Counted from the stretch's first letter, positions 27,417 through 37,481 are shown. The stretch is DNA of 64,000 bases from Christensenellaceae bacterium (GCA_045586885.1 JAZNBE010000016.1:12757-76756); one strand, 5' to 3'. Numbers and translations are program-made. The notes: generated by a model from the letters alone, not told the origin.

Positions 27417-29609
27417 TTAAATAAGCGGTTTTTCGCTATGCCCTAAAGTGTGAGGGGATAGAATTTGTTTTAAACTATCAAAGTTATCTAAATTTTTCAA
27501 AACTTCTATCTTTTTAGATTGCTCTAGCGTTAAAAGTGAAATTAAATTTTTCTTCGAGCCTTTAGTTACTAAATTAGAAAGGTTATAAACTTCAAACCTG
27601 CAAGACGAAAGTTTTACTTTTCTTAAAACAAACTTTCTGTTTTCATCCACAAGGTAAGAAATTTCGTTATAGCAAGGGCAAAGTTTTTTACCAAATAAGC
27701 AATAGTTAAGTTCCATAACCTTGATAGAGCCAAGCGAAAAGTAAAAAGCGTTTTCAAAACTTTTAGCCCATTTCAAAGTAGATTCTTTAGATAAGCAAAT
27801 TTCTTCGCATAAAGGCGATAAAAATTTTAAATCAACTTCGTTATAAACGTTTGCTTGAGGACCTAAGAATAGTTTTTTATTAAACTCTTTTGCAAAGTTT
27901 ATTCCGTAAAGCCCGTCAACGAAAACGCCGTCAAATTTTTCTAAAAGTGGGGCTATAAGTTCGTTATCTTGGCTTTTTAGTAGCGGTGGAAGATATAAAA
28001 ACCGCTTTGCTTTATGACCGCTTAGATTTTCAAAGAACTTTTCAAACGTTTTTTCGTTTGAATAATCGCTTGGAGCGAAAATAGCGTAATCGAAAGAAAA
28101 ATCTTTTGCAAAAGAAAAATTATTGTCGATAATTGCTAGAGAACTAGAAGAACTATTTTTTTCAAATTTAGGTATTGAAAAGTCGTTTTTGCGCCTACTT
28201 TTATTTTGGTTAAATGCTTGAACTAATTTATCAAAAAGTTCTCGCCTTAATGCGTTAAGATAAGATTTTTGCATAAAAACGCCGTTCGTTTCAACTTTTG
28301 CAAAAATTTCAAAAGGCAAGGTATCTGCTTTTGAAAGCGTTTTTTCAATATCAAATGATGAAAGCGGTTGTGTTTTTGCTTTTTCTAAAACGCTATCGCC
28401 TAAAATTTGAACGCAAACGTTGTTCAAAGTTGCCTTAAGTTTTGGCTTTTCGCCTTGCAAAAATTCGCCAGTTACTTCAACTTTTAATAAACGCTTGAAA
28501 TTATTTATTTTCGTTTCAAGGTTTTGGTCTTTAGTAATAAAAAGTTTATCGCCTTTTTTTGCGTCTCCAAAGTAGATAAGGTTTAAGTTATTATCAACGA
28601 TAGCCGAGCCAACTTCATAGCCGTCCCTTATTATTTTATAGCCGTTGCCTAAAGTTTTTTCTATCTTTTCAATCGTTTTAATTTTGCCGTTTTGAGCGCC
28701 TAAAACAGTTGCAACCTCTTCGCCTAGATGGCTTTGAACTTTAGAAGAAATAAAATTTTTATCTTGTGAAAAGGCAAGGCCTCGCGTATAGCCGCCACGG
28801 TTAAAAGTGCGTAATAACGGGCTTATAGACGGGTTTTTGCCGTCAAGAAGTTGACGGTAATAGTTGCTGGAAGAAAAAACGTAAGCGCTTGAGCGCATTC
28901 TTCCTTCTATCTTAAACGATACAACTCCGCTTTTTATAAATTCAAAAATATCTTTTTGTAAAGATAGGTCGGCTAGTGAAATTAAGTAGCCTTCGCTATT
29001 AACTTTTGGGGAGATAAGTTTATATTTTTTACGGCAAGGCTGTTTGCAAAGCCCACGATTTCCGCTTAAGTTTCCAGCAAAGCTAGACATATAGCATTGA
29101 CCTGAAAAAGAAGAGCAAAGCGCGCCTTGAACGAAAATTTCGGTTTCGATAATTTTCGCAATTTTTTTAATATCTTCAAAAGAAGTTTCTCGCGCTAGAA
29201 CTACTCTAGAAAACCCAAATTCTTTTGCAAGGGTTGCTCCCCATACGTTATTTACGCCTGCTTGAGTTGAAAGATGGAGTTCTAAATCAGGAAATAAAGT
29301 TTTTAGAACTTTTCCAAGAGCCATATCTTGAATAATAAGAGCGTCTATTCCAATATCGTTAGCAAACAAAGCAAATTCAAAAAACTTTTCAAGTTCGCTA
29401 TCTTTTATTAAGGTGTTTAGGGCAAGATAAACTTTTACGCCGAAAAGGTGGGCGTAATTAACGAAAAACGGAAGATTTTCCTTTGTGAAGTTTTGCGCGC
29501 TTTTCCTAGCCGAAAAATCGTCAAGCCCAAGATAAATTGCGTTTGCTCCGCCGTTTATTGCGCTATAAAAACTTTGAGCGTTTCCGGCAGGCGATAATAT
29601 TTCAACCAT
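27417..29609 (-). CDS. peptidase U32 family protein (730 aa)
   Basis: N-terminus VEILSPAGNAQSFYSAINGGANAIYLGLDDFSARK and HLSTQ.. typical of U32/PrtC-like proteins. Confidence 0.82.
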   Translation of the reverse strand: MVEILSPAGNAQSFYSAINGGANAIYLGLDDFSARKSAQNFTKENLPFFVNYAHLFGVKVYLALNTLIKDSELEKFFEFALFANDIGIDALIIQDMALGKVLKTLFPDLELHLSTQAGVNNVWGATLAKEFGFSRVVLARETSFEDIKKIAKIIETEIFVQGALCSSFSGQCYMSSFAGNLSGNRGLCKQPCRKKYKLISPKVNSEGYLISLADLSLQKDIFEFIKSGVVSFKIEGRMRSSAYVFSSSNYYRQLLDGKNPSISPLLRTFNRGGYTRGLAFSQDKNFISSKVQSHLGEEVATVLGAQNGKIKTIEKIEKTLGNGYKIIRDGYEVGSAIVDNNLNLIYFGDAKKGDKLFITKDQNLETKINNFKRLLKVEVTGEFLQGEKPKLKATLNNVCVQILGDSVLEKAKTQPLSSFDIEKTLSKADTLPFEIFAKVETNGVFMQKSYLNALRRELFDKLVQAFNQNKSRRKNDFSIPKFEKNSSSSSLAIIDNNFSFAKDFSFDYAIFAPSDYSNEKTFEKFFENLSGHKAKRFLYLPPLLKSQDNELIAPLLEKFDGVFVDGLYGINFAKEFNKKLFLGPQANVYNEVDLKFLSPLCEEICLSKESTLKWAKSFENAFYFSLGSIKVMELNYCLFGKKLCPCYNEISYLVDENRKFVLRKVKLSSCRFEVYNLSNLVTKGSKKNLISLLTLEQSKKIEVLKNLDNFDSLKQILSPHTLGHSEKPLI

Positions 29610-29965
29610 AAATCACCTAACTAAATAATTTTAGCACGACTTATCAAATTTTTCAAGAAGAAAGATTGAAAAGGTTAAAAAACTAAAAGCCTTTAAAAAA
29701 GTTTCTAAACAAAAAAAATGCCCGGCCTGTTAGCCGAACATTTTTTAGGGGTTATAAAGGAGGGTTTGCAACGGGGGATAAACGTTGCTAACCGAAAAAA
29801 TTCGCTTTTTCTTGTATTCACTTATTAAACGATTGAAAAAGGCGTTTTATTGGTAAAATTTGAAAATTTTTTTATTTTTTTAAGTTTAGAAAAAAAGAGC
29901 GCAATTTTTTTGCTAAAAAGTCTTGGTTGTGATATAATTTAACTAATAAAAACGATAGGTGAAAA

Positions 29966-30424
29966 ATGAAAATTATTTTTGTTTGTTACGGAAACATTTG
30001 CCGTTCGCCGATGGCGGAATATCTTTTTAAAGATATTTTAAAAAAGCGTGGCGCAAAAAATATTGAAGTTTTATCAAGGGCTACTTCTCGTGAAGAGTTA
30101 GGCGCGCCCGTGCATTACGGCACGAGAGCCGTTTTAGATAGGCTTAAAATTGATTATCGTGGGCATAGGGCTTCGCAAATTACCAAAGCCGAATGCGATA
30201 GCGCGGACTTACTTATCGTTATGGATAGTTATAACGTAATTTCGATGAAAAGAATTTGCGGTCAAGAAAACGAAAGTAAGGTATGCCGTATGCTAGATTT
30301 TTCTTCTAACCCTAGAGATATTGACGACCCTTGGTATACTCACGATTTCGAAACTTGTTATAACGATATGAAAGAAGGGCTTGAGGGGCTTATAAAAGTT
30401 CTCGAAAAGGACGGCGTATTATGA
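29966..30424 (+). CDS. low-molecular-weight protein-tyrosine phosphatase
   Basis: Active site VCYGNICRSPMAE; DDPWY loop. Confidence 0.9.
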   Translation: MKIIFVCYGNICRSPMAEYLFKDILKKRGAKNIEVLSRATSREELGAPVHYGTRAVLDRLKIDYRGHRASQITKAECDSADLLIVMDSYNVISMKRICGQENESKVCRMLDFSSNPRDIDDPWYTHDFETCYNDMKEGLEGLIKVLEKDGVL

Positions 30425-31116
30425 AAATTTACGCAATAAGCGATTTACACCTATCCGTAACAACGAATAAGCCTATGAACGTGTTTGGCTCGTCTTGGGA
30501 AAATTACGTTGATGAAATTGTTGCCGATTGGGAGAAAAAAGTTACCGATGACGACGTTGTTTTAATTGCCGGCGATCATAGTTGGGCAATGCAACTAGAA
30601 GACGCCGTTATCGATTTAGAAAGGTTTAAAAACCTAAAAGGTAAAAAGGTTATTATTCGCGGTAACCACGATTATTGGTGGAAAAGCGTTTCAAAAATAA
30701 GGGACGCGTTGCCTGAATTTGTAGTTTTGCAAAACGACGCGGTGAAAATAGAAAATTTAGTCGTTTGCGGTTCTCGTGGTTGGACGTGCGAAGGCTCGAA
30801 CGATTTTACTGAAGACGATAAAAAGATTTACCTTCGTGAAACCGAGAGACTGCGCCTTGCTTTGTCTTCTGCAAAAAAACTATTATCAAGCGACGATAAA
30901 CTTATCGTTTTAATGCACTTTCCGCCGTTCAACGTAAGGCGTGAAGATTCGCTCTTTACTAAACTTTTTGAAGAAAACGGCGTTCAAGCGGTTGTTTACG
31001 GGCATCTCCACGGCAAAGATTGCCGAGCCGATTTAACGCTTGAAAAAAACGGTATTAAATATTATTTAACTTCGTGCGATCAAGTTAAAAACAAACTTGT
31101 TGAAATTGTGTTTTAG
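30421..31116 (+). CDS. metallophosphoesterase
   Basis: DLHL, GDHSW, GNHDYWW, GHLHG motifs; ATGA overlap with the phosphatase gene. Confidence 0.85.
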   Translation: MKIYAISDLHLSVTTNKPMNVFGSSWENYVDEIVADWEKKVTDDDVVLIAGDHSWAMQLEDAVIDLERFKNLKGKKVIIRGNHDYWWKSVSKIRDALPEFVVLQNDAVKIENLVVCGSRGWTCEGSNDFTEDDKKIYLRETERLRLALSSAKKLLSSDDKLIVLMHFPPFNVRREDSLFTKLFEENGVQAVVYGHLHGKDCRADLTLEKNGIKYYLTSCDQVKNKLVEIVF

Positions 31117-31118
31117 CG

Positions 31119-31143
31119 TAATAACGGGCTTATAGCCCTACTT
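31119..31143 (+). repeat. REP-like intergenic motif copy
   Basis: TAATAACGGGCTTATAGCCCTACTT, starts 2 nt after a stop codon. Confidence 0.8.
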
Positions 31144-31162
31144 TTTATTAAAAAAGAGCAAT

Positions 31163-32023
31163 ATGAACTATGAAATTTTGAACGAAAGGTTCTTAAAAAT
31201 TTTATCAACGTATCTAAACTTTATGGAAGATGCCGTAAAGGAAAGCGCCGTTTTAGAGATAGAAAAATTAGGCTTTAGCAAGGAATACGCTTTTGCACTT
31301 TTGCTGGCAGAAGGTATGGGGCTTGATACTAACGGCGACGATAAGTTTTTCTTTAGGGAATATTTTTTGCCGAGCGTAAGAGAACTTCGCGTTGATGATT
31401 ATATAAACGACGAATACTATAAACTTGTGAAATTCGACGGCGCAACCTTTGGCGACGTTGAGTTAAAATATTTAACGCAAAAAGCGTATTTTGGTTTTGT
31501 TAGAGATGATTACGAATATTTTGAAAACGGAAAGGTTTTAGCGAAGATAGGTTTTTTTGCTAAAGATTATCGTTACCCTGCAATTTTATCATGTGGGCGT
31601 GAGTGGATGACGCTACTTCCTAACGAAATAAACTCTCAAAAACGATACGTTGAAGAGGCGTGCGGAAGGGTTTTAACTTATGGGTTAGGGCTTGGTTATT
31701 ACGTATATCACGTGGCGAAAAAAGAGAGCGTTAAGTCGATTACGATAGTTGATTTGGACCAAAAGGTAATTGATATTTTTAATGCGAAAATAAAGCCGTG
31801 TTTTCCTAAAGAAGTTCAAGAAAAAATTAACATAATTAAGGCGGATGCGTTCGAGTTTGCGAAAAGTTTAAAGCCTTTTTCGTTCGACTATATTTACGCG
31901 GATATTTGGCACGATTGCGGTGATGGGGTAGAACTTTACAAAAAGTTTAAGGAACTTGAAAAGTTTTGCCCAACGGCTAAGTTTGGTTATTGGATTGAAG
32001 ATAGCATTAAATACTATCTTTAA
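31163..32023 (+). CDS. hypothetical protein (possible Rossmann/methyltransferase-like core)
   Basis: Long ORF; VLTYGLGLGYYVYHVA..ITIVDLD resembles a SAM/polyamine-binding fold; weak. Confidence 0.55.
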   Translation: MNYEILNERFLKILSTYLNFMEDAVKESAVLEIEKLGFSKEYAFALLLAEGMGLDTNGDDKFFFREYFLPSVRELRVDDYINDEYYKLVKFDGATFGDVELKYLTQKAYFGFVRDDYEYFENGKVLAKIGFFAKDYRYPAILSCGREWMTLLPNEINSQKRYVEEACGRVLTYGLGLGYYVYHVAKKESVKSITIVDLDQKVIDIFNAKIKPCFPKEVQEKINIIKADAFEFAKSLKPFSFDYIYADIWHDCGDGVELYKKFKELEKFCPTAKFGYWIEDSIKYYL

Positions 32024-32080
32024 TCGTTAAACGGTTTGAAGATTTATCGATAGTTTAACCAAAATTTTCATTTTTAGGTA

Positions 32081-32110
32081 TTGACAAAACTTCTCGCCAT
32101 ATTATATAAT
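32081..32110 (+). promoter_or_regulatory. sigma-A-type promoter of rubrerythrin
   Basis: TTGACA, 18-nt spacer, TATAAT. Confidence 0.6.
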
Positions 32111-32134
32111 TAAGAAAAATCTTTGGAGGATAAT

Positions 32135-32677
32135 ATGAAAGAATTAAAAGGCACTAAAACCGAAAAGAATTTAATGGAAGCGTTTGCCGGCGAGAGCATG
32201 GCAAGAAATAAATATACTTATTTTGCATCAAAAGCAAAAAAAGATGGTTTCGTTCAAATTGCTAACATTTTTGAAGAAACCGCAAACAACGAAAAAGAAC
32301 ACGCAAAACTTTGGTTTAAGTATTTGCACGGTGGCGCAGTTCCTTCAACTGCAGAAAATCTTTTAGCGGCTGCTGAAGGTGAAAACTATGAATGGACTGA
32401 TATGTACGACCGTATGGCAAAAGAAGCAAAAGAAGAAGGCTTTGACGAAATTGCCGCAAAATTCACGCTCGTTGGTAAAATTGAAAAGGAACACGAAGAA
32501 AGATATAGAAAACTTCTTGCTAACGTTGAAGGCGGTTTAGTTTTCTCAAGAGATGGCGACATGATTTGGCATTGTTTAAACTGCGGTCATATCGCAATCG
32601 GTAAGAAAGCTCCGCTCGTTTGCCCAACTTGTTTGCATAAACAAGAATACTTCCAAATTAAGAGTGAAAACTACTAA
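32135..32677 (+). CDS. rbr: rubrerythrin
   Basis: GGAGG RBS; [28 protein letters not shown] di-iron helices; C-terminal rubredoxin CLNCGH..CPTC. Confidence 0.93.
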   Translation: MKELKGTKTEKNLMEAFAGESMARNKYTYFASKAKKDGFVQIANIFEETANNEKEHAKLWFKYLHGGAVPSTAENLLAAAEGENYEWTDMYDRMAKEAKEEGFDEIAAKFTLVGKIEKEHEERYRKLLANVEGGLVFSRDGDMIWHCLNCGHIAIGKKAPLVCPTCLHKQEYFQIKSENY

Positions 32678-32691
32678 AATTAGCAAAAAAG

Positions 32692-32715
32692 GGCTACTCT
32701 CGTAGCCTTTTTTTT
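32692..32715 (+). terminator. terminator after rbr
   Basis: GGCTAC-TCTC-GTAGCC stem followed by T8. Confidence 0.7.
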
Positions 32716-32778
32716 AAGTGAAATTTGTTGCAATTCCTATTTAAAAAAATTATTAAAGAAAGTTAAGAGGAGTTTTCA

Positions 32779-33945
32779 ATGCTTAAAGATTTAATAAAAG
32801 AATATAAGAAGTTTAATCATTTTGTATCTTGCGGAGACGAGCATACCGTAGTTCTAAAATTAGACGGCACGCTAGAGTGTTTTGGCGACGGCGCTTTTGG
32901 AAGGCTTAACGTTAAGGAATGGGAAAATATAGTTTCCGTCTCTTGCGGAAACAACCATACCGTTGGCTTGAAAGATAACCGCGAAGTTGTTGCCGTTGGA
33001 GCAATCGGTGATGGGCAAATAAACGTTGAGACTTGGAAAAATATAACTTCTATATCTTGTGGCGGATACCATACCGTAGGGCTAACGGATTCTAGTTTAG
33101 TAGTTGCGGTTGGTGATAATTCTCACGGTCAATTAAACGTTGAGACTTGGAAAAATATAGGCGCAATTTCAGCAGGTGGGCATCATACGGCAGGCTTAAA
33201 GGCGGACGGAACTGTTGTTGCCGTTGGCGATAATTCGTATGGACAAATAAGCGTTGAGGCTTGGGAAAATATAGTTTTTATCTCTTGTGGCGAGTATCAC
33301 ACGGTCGGTTTGAAGAAAGACGGAACGGTTGTTGCCGTTGGTTGCGACTTGGACGATAGGTGTAAGGTTTTCGATTGGGAAAATATAATTTCGGTATCGG
33401 CTGGAACTTATCATACGGTAGGGTTAAAACAAGACGGAACGGTAGTTGCGGTTGGCGATAATAAATACGGACAACTAGACGTTTCTTCTTGGGAAAATAT
33501 TGTTGCGGTTTATGCGGGCGATGAAACAACTTTAGGTTTAACTAAAACTGGGGAAATAGTCGTTACCGATTATTTTGACGGCGATAAAGAACTGCTTAAG
33601 GGGTTAAAGTTATTCAACTCTATTGAAACACTTCACGAAGAGAAAATAAAAGCCCTTGAAAAAAGACGTCAAGAACTTGAAATTAAAAAGCAAGAACAGG
33701 CAAATAAAGAAACTATTACGCCTAAAATGCAAAAAATAATTTCACAAATTGAGAAATTAAATGAAAAAATGATTTATTTAAGAAAAGAAAAAGCCCTTCT
33801 TCAACTAAAGAAAGAAAAGCAAAGGGGGTTATTCGGCGTTAAAGATGATACGGACGAAAAATTAAAAAAGACGATAAAGTTTCTTTCAAAAACCAAAGAC
33901 GAACTTGAAAAATTAAATAAAAAACTTGAAAAACTAAAAAAATAA
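32779..33945 (+). CDS. RCC1-like repeat protein with Lys/Glu-rich coiled-coil tail
   Basis: Six to seven tandem ~38-aa units (HTVGLKxDGTVVAVGDNxYGQxxVxxWENIxxxSxGxx) spanning about 32824-33565, then a ~130-aa coiled coil; no signal peptide. Confidence 0.85.
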   Translation: MLKDLIKEYKKFNHFVSCGDEHTVVLKLDGTLECFGDGAFGRLNVKEWENIVSVSCGNNHTVGLKDNREVVAVGAIGDGQINVETWKNITSISCGGYHTVGLTDSSLVVAVGDNSHGQLNVETWKNIGAISAGGHHTAGLKADGTVVAVGDNSYGQISVEAWENIVFISCGEYHTVGLKKDGTVVAVGCDLDDRCKVFDWENIISVSAGTYHTVGLKQDGTVVAVGDNKYGQLDVSSWENIVAVYAGDETTLGLTKTGEIVVTDYFDGDKELLKGLKLFNSIETLHEEKIKALEKRRQELEIKKQEQANKETITPKMQKIISQIEKLNEKMIYLRKEKALLQLKKEKQRGLFGVKDDTDEKLKKTIKFLSKTKDELEKLNKKLEKLKK

Positions 33946-33957
33946 AACTAATTTTGT

Positions 33958-33990
33958 AAACGAATTTGGAATAAAACCAAATTCGTTTTT
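33958..33990 (+). terminator. terminator after the RCC1-like gene
   Basis: AAACGAATTTGG-loop-CCAAATTCGTTT stem followed by a T-run. Confidence 0.8.
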
Positions 33991-34254
33991 AAGTGTAGTC
34001 TTTAGCGAAAATTAACCACCGCTTGGAGCGGTGGTATTAAAAAATCTTTAGATAAAAGAGTCCTCCTGTGATTGCAAAATTTTAGCCGTTTTGTTATTAA
34101 AACTTGTAATAAAATCGGCTTGTTTCAATTATTTTTTATAGTTATAGTGCTGAAAAGTCCATAAGAAAATGGCGAAAAACGGCGTTTAAAAAGCGTAAAA
34201 TTTGGCATTAAATAATACTTTTTTAAAAAATATTAATAAATTTTCAAATATCTA

Positions 34255-34283
34255 TTGAAAAAGATTATCTTTTATTATATAAT
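34255..34283 (+). promoter_or_regulatory. sigma-A-type promoter
   Basis: TTGAAA, 17-nt spacer, TATAAT. Confidence 0.65.
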
Positions 34284-34338
34284 AGATAAGGACACTTTTT
34301 ATTGGGGATACCCAAAATTACAATGGTAGGTGATATTT

Positions 34339-36393
34339 ATGGCTAATATTCAAAACATTAGAAACATTGCTTTAATCGGCCACGCAGGCGAAGGCAAAAC
34401 TACTTTAATGGAGGCTATTTTATTTAATCTTAAGGCGATTGATAGAATGGGTAAGGTTGACGACGGTAACTCCGTTAGCGACTACGACGCGGAAGAAATT
34501 GCAAGAAAAACTTCCATTTCAATGTCCTTAGGTTACGGCGAATATAACGGCGTTAAGTTTAACGTTATTGACGTTCCTGGCTTTTTTGATTTCGAAAGCG
34601 AAATGATTCAAGCCCTTTCAGTTGTTGCGGGCGCTATTATCGTAACGAGCGCATCCGGTTCGATGACGGTTGGGACTGAACTTGCTCTTGATTACTGTAT
34701 TAAAAATCATATTCCAACGATGATTTTCGTGAGCGGTCTTGATAAAGATAATATTCGTTATAGCGATACCGTTCAAGCGATTATGGACAAATACCCTCAA
34801 AAAATTGCGCCTTGCATTATTCCTTTCATGGAAGGCGATCGTTTCAAAGGTTGGGTTGATATTTCTAGCGGAAAGTTCTTCGACTCTCAAGGCGTTGTTC
34901 AAGATTCTATGCCTGATAGTTTGAAAGACGAATATCAAGTTCGCCTTGGTGAACTTACCGAAGTTGCGGCTGGTAACGATGAAGAACTTTTAGATAAATA
35001 TTTTGAAGAAGGAACTCTATCTACCGAAGAAATTGAAAAAGGCGTTAAGATTGGTGTTAAAGCGGGTAGTTGTATTCCTGTTTTTGGCGGAACTGCGCTT
35101 TATAATAAGGGCGTATTGAACCTTATGAACAAGGTTATTGCACTATTCCCTGCACCAAGCGATGCAGTTCCTTTCAAGATTAAGAAAGGCGATGAAATTA
35201 AAGAAATCGTTTGCGAAGAAGGCGGTTCTGCAATTATTCGCGTATTCAAAACTATCGTTGACCCGTTCGTTGGTAAACTTAATATCTTCAAGGTTATTCG
35301 CGGAACAATATCTTCCGGTATGACTTTGAAAAATTCTAACAGCGGAAAAGATGAAAAGATTTCTGCCCTTTACTGCATTAAAGGTAAAAAGCAAGATAAC
35401 GTTTCATCACTTTCTGCAGGCGATATCGGCGCGGTTGCAAAGTTAAGCGATACTTCAACTGGTGATACGCTTTCTGAATCTGGCGGATATATTTTCGAGC
35501 CGTTTGCTATTCCTTCACCTGTATATTCAATGTCGGTTTCCGCTGCTAAGAAAGGCGACGAAGATAAGGTGTTTGGCGGTCTTAACAAATTAAAGGATGA
35601 AGATATTTCCTTCACGGTAACTAAAAACCCTGAAACCGGCGAAATGTTATTATCTGGTCTTGGTGATACTCAACTTGCTATTTTATGCAAGAAGTTAAAG
35701 AGTAAGTTTGGTTGCGAAGCGTTATTGAAAGAACCAAAAATCGCTTATAGAGAAACTATCAAGAAAAAAGCAGAAGCCGAAGGAAAGCACAAAAAGCAAT
35801 CTGGTGGCGCAGGTCAATTCGGTTGCTGTACCGTTCGTTTTGAACCGGGCGCAGAAGACGGTCTTTACGAATTCGTTGACGAAGTTGTTGGCGGCGCAGT
35901 TCCAAGACAATTTATTCCTGCAGTTGATAAGGGCTTAAGAGAGGCAATCAAAGAAGGCGTTTTAGCAGGTTACCCTATGGTAAATCTAAAGTGTACTCTT
36001 TTCGATGGTAAGTATCACCCAGTTGACTCAAAAGAAATTGCGTTCGTAACGGCTGCTAAACTTGCTTATGCGGACGGCGTTGCAAAAGCAGGTCCTTGCA
36101 TTTTAGAACCTGTAATGCATCTTGAAATTACCGTTCCTGAAAACTATATGGGCGATATCATGGGCGATATGAATAAGCGTGGCGGTAGAATTTTAGGAAC
36201 TGACCAAGTTGACGGCAAAACGGTTATTTCTGCGGAAGCGCCACAAGCCGAACTTGTTAAATACGCTATCGATTTAAGAAGTATGACTCAAGGTCGTGGT
36301 AAATTCACTACCGAATTTGCTAGATACGAAGAAGTTTCTAAACAAGCCGAAGAAAAAATAATTAAAGAAGCAAAGGCTTCAAAGGCGGAATAA
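34339..36393 (+). CDS. elongation factor G paralogue with degenerate GTPase motifs
   Basis: Full five-domain EF-G-like length. G1 is GHAGEGKTT. G3 is DVPGF instead of DTPGH (Phe82, TTT 34582-34584). G4 is SGLD instead of NKxD. Confidence 0.85.
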   Translation: MANIQNIRNIALIGHAGEGKTTLMEAILFNLKAIDRMGKVDDGNSVSDYDAEEIARKTSISMSLGYGEYNGVKFNVIDVPGFFDFESEMIQALSVVAGAIIVTSASGSMTVGTELALDYCIKNHIPTMIFVSGLDKDNIRYSDTVQAIMDKYPQKIAPCIIPFMEGDRFKGWVDISSGKFFDSQGVVQDSMPDSLKDEYQVRLGELTEVAAGNDEELLDKYFEEGTLSTEEIEKGVKIGVKAGSCIPVFGGTALYNKGVLNLMNKVIALFPAPSDAVPFKIKKGDEIKEIVCEEGGSAIIRVFKTIVDPFVGKLNIFKVIRGTISSGMTLKNSNSGKDEKISALYCIKGKKQDNVSSLSAGDIGAVAKLSDTSTGDTLSESGGYIFEPFAIPSPVYSMSVSAAKKGDEDKVFGGLNKLKDEDISFTVTKNPETGEMLLSGLGDTQLAILCKKLKSKFGCEALLKEPKIAYRETIKKKAEAEGKHKKQSGGAGQFGCCTVRFEPGAEDGLYEFVDEVVGGAVPRQFIPAVDKGLREAIKEGVLAGYPMVNLKCTLFDGKYHPVDSKEIAFVTAAKLAYADGVAKAGPCILEPVMHLEITVPENYMGDIMGDMNKRGGRILGTDQVDGKTVISAEAPQAELVKYAIDLRSMTQGRGKFTTEFARYEEVSKQAEEKIIKEAKASKAE

Positions 36394-36400
36394 AAAAGTA

Positions 36401-37324
36401 ATGATTTTAACTGTCTGTCCCAATCCGTGCATTGACTGCACGATTGAGGTTGAAGATTTAAAAATAGGCAGGCTTAACCGCGTTGAGCATAAGCAAGAGA
36501 ATATGTCCGGCAAGGCGCTAAATAGCGCGGTTGGCGTTTCTAGGCTAGACGGAAAAGTTCTAGCCACCGGCTTTATGTTCGAAACGGGCGGTAAAAGATT
36601 TTCTAAAGCCTTAAACAGCGAAGGGATTGATAATCAATTCGTTTGGACTAAAGGCTCTGTCAGGGTAAACTATAAAATTATAGACGGAAAGTCTATGATG
36701 ACCGAAATTAACGATAGGGGCGAAAAAGTTCCTTTAACTAAACAAAAAGAATTATTAACTTTAGTTGAAGACTTATCGAAAGACGCTGAAATGGTAATAA
36801 TTTCAGGTTCTTTGCCACGTGGTGTTGAATCAACCTATTACTACGAGTTATGTAAAGCCGTAAACAAAAAGTCCAAAATCGTAGTTGACTGCGAAAAAGA
36901 AAATCTTTATCAAGCCTTAAAAGCAGGCGTTTTTATGGTTAAGCCAAACCTTGCGGAACTTGAAAAGTTCGCGGAAAAGAAGTTTAAAAGTTACGATGAA
37001 ATGATAGACTCGTGCAAAGATATTATAAAACTAGGCGCGAAATACGTTCTATTATCATTAGGCGCTGGCGGAGCAATTTTAACCGACGGCATCGAGAGTT
37101 ATTTTTGCAAGAGCGCAAACGTTGCCGTAAACTCAACGGTTGGCGCGGGCGATTCAATGGTAGCCTCTGCGTGCGTTGCGTTCTTAGAAAAGCAAAGTCT
37201 TGATAAAGTTTTAATGAGAGCGGTAGCCGCTGGAACGGCTTCTGTAACGACTTCTGGAACAAATCTTTTCACTAAAGATAAATATTTAGAAATTTTAGAT
37301 AAGCTTTCCGTAAGAAAATTATAA
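36401..37324 (+). CDS. PfkB-family sugar kinase (1-phosphofructokinase-like)
   Basis: MILTVCPNPCIDCT N-terminus, GAGDSMVA motif near the C-terminus; 7-nt gap after the EF-G paralogue. Confidence 0.82.
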   Translation: MILTVCPNPCIDCTIEVEDLKIGRLNRVEHKQENMSGKALNSAVGVSRLDGKVLATGFMFETGGKRFSKALNSEGIDNQFVWTKGSVRVNYKIIDGKSMMTEINDRGEKVPLTKQKELLTLVEDLSKDAEMVIISGSLPRGVESTYYYELCKAVNKKSKIVVDCEKENLYQALKAGVFMVKPNLAELEKFAEKKFKSYDEMIDSCKDIIKLGAKYVLLSLGAGGAILTDGIESYFCKSANVAVNSTVGAGDSMVASACVAFLEKQSLDKVLMRAVAAGTASVTTSGTNLFTKDKYLEILDKLSVRKL

Positions 37325-37325
37325 A

Positions 37326-37350
37326 AAGTGGGGCTATAAGCCCGTTATTA
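37326..37350 (-). repeat. REP-like intergenic motif copy (inverted)
   Basis: Reverse complement TAATAACGGGCTTATAGCCCCACTT; 1 nt after a stop codon. Confidence 0.8.
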
Positions 37351-37380
37351 CGCCTTTTTGAGTTAAAAAGGCGTGATTTT
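37351..37380 (+). terminator. terminator
   Basis: CGCCTTTTT-GAGTT-AAAAAGGCG stem followed by a T-rich tail. Confidence 0.65.
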
Positions 37381-37397
37381 ATTATTTTGATAAATAA

Positions 37398-37426
37398 TTG
37401 ACTTTTTTTTAAAGAAAAGTTATAAT
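37398..37426 (+). promoter_or_regulatory. sigma-A-type promoter
   Basis: TTGACT, 17-nt spacer, TATAAT. Confidence 0.65.
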
Positions 37427-37481
37427 ATTTCCAAGGGTAAAAACTAAATAGTTTTTAAGCATAAATTTTTAGGGGGATAAT

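Noticed and set aside
29758-29830. AAGGAGG followed by a 20-codon TTG-initiated ORF in the 29640-29965 intergenic region
   Set aside because: The spacing between the RBS-like sequence and the TTG is only ~2 nt, and the peptide has no notable features. Nearby hairpins (29719-29748; GCAACG/CGTTGC at 29768-29789) are too weak to assign a function.
34015-34035. Isolated 9-bp stem ACCACCGCT-TGG-AGCGGTGGT
   Set aside because: It has no T-tract on either strand, no partner gene end nearby and no recognisable RNA family. I noted it only as a stable hairpin.
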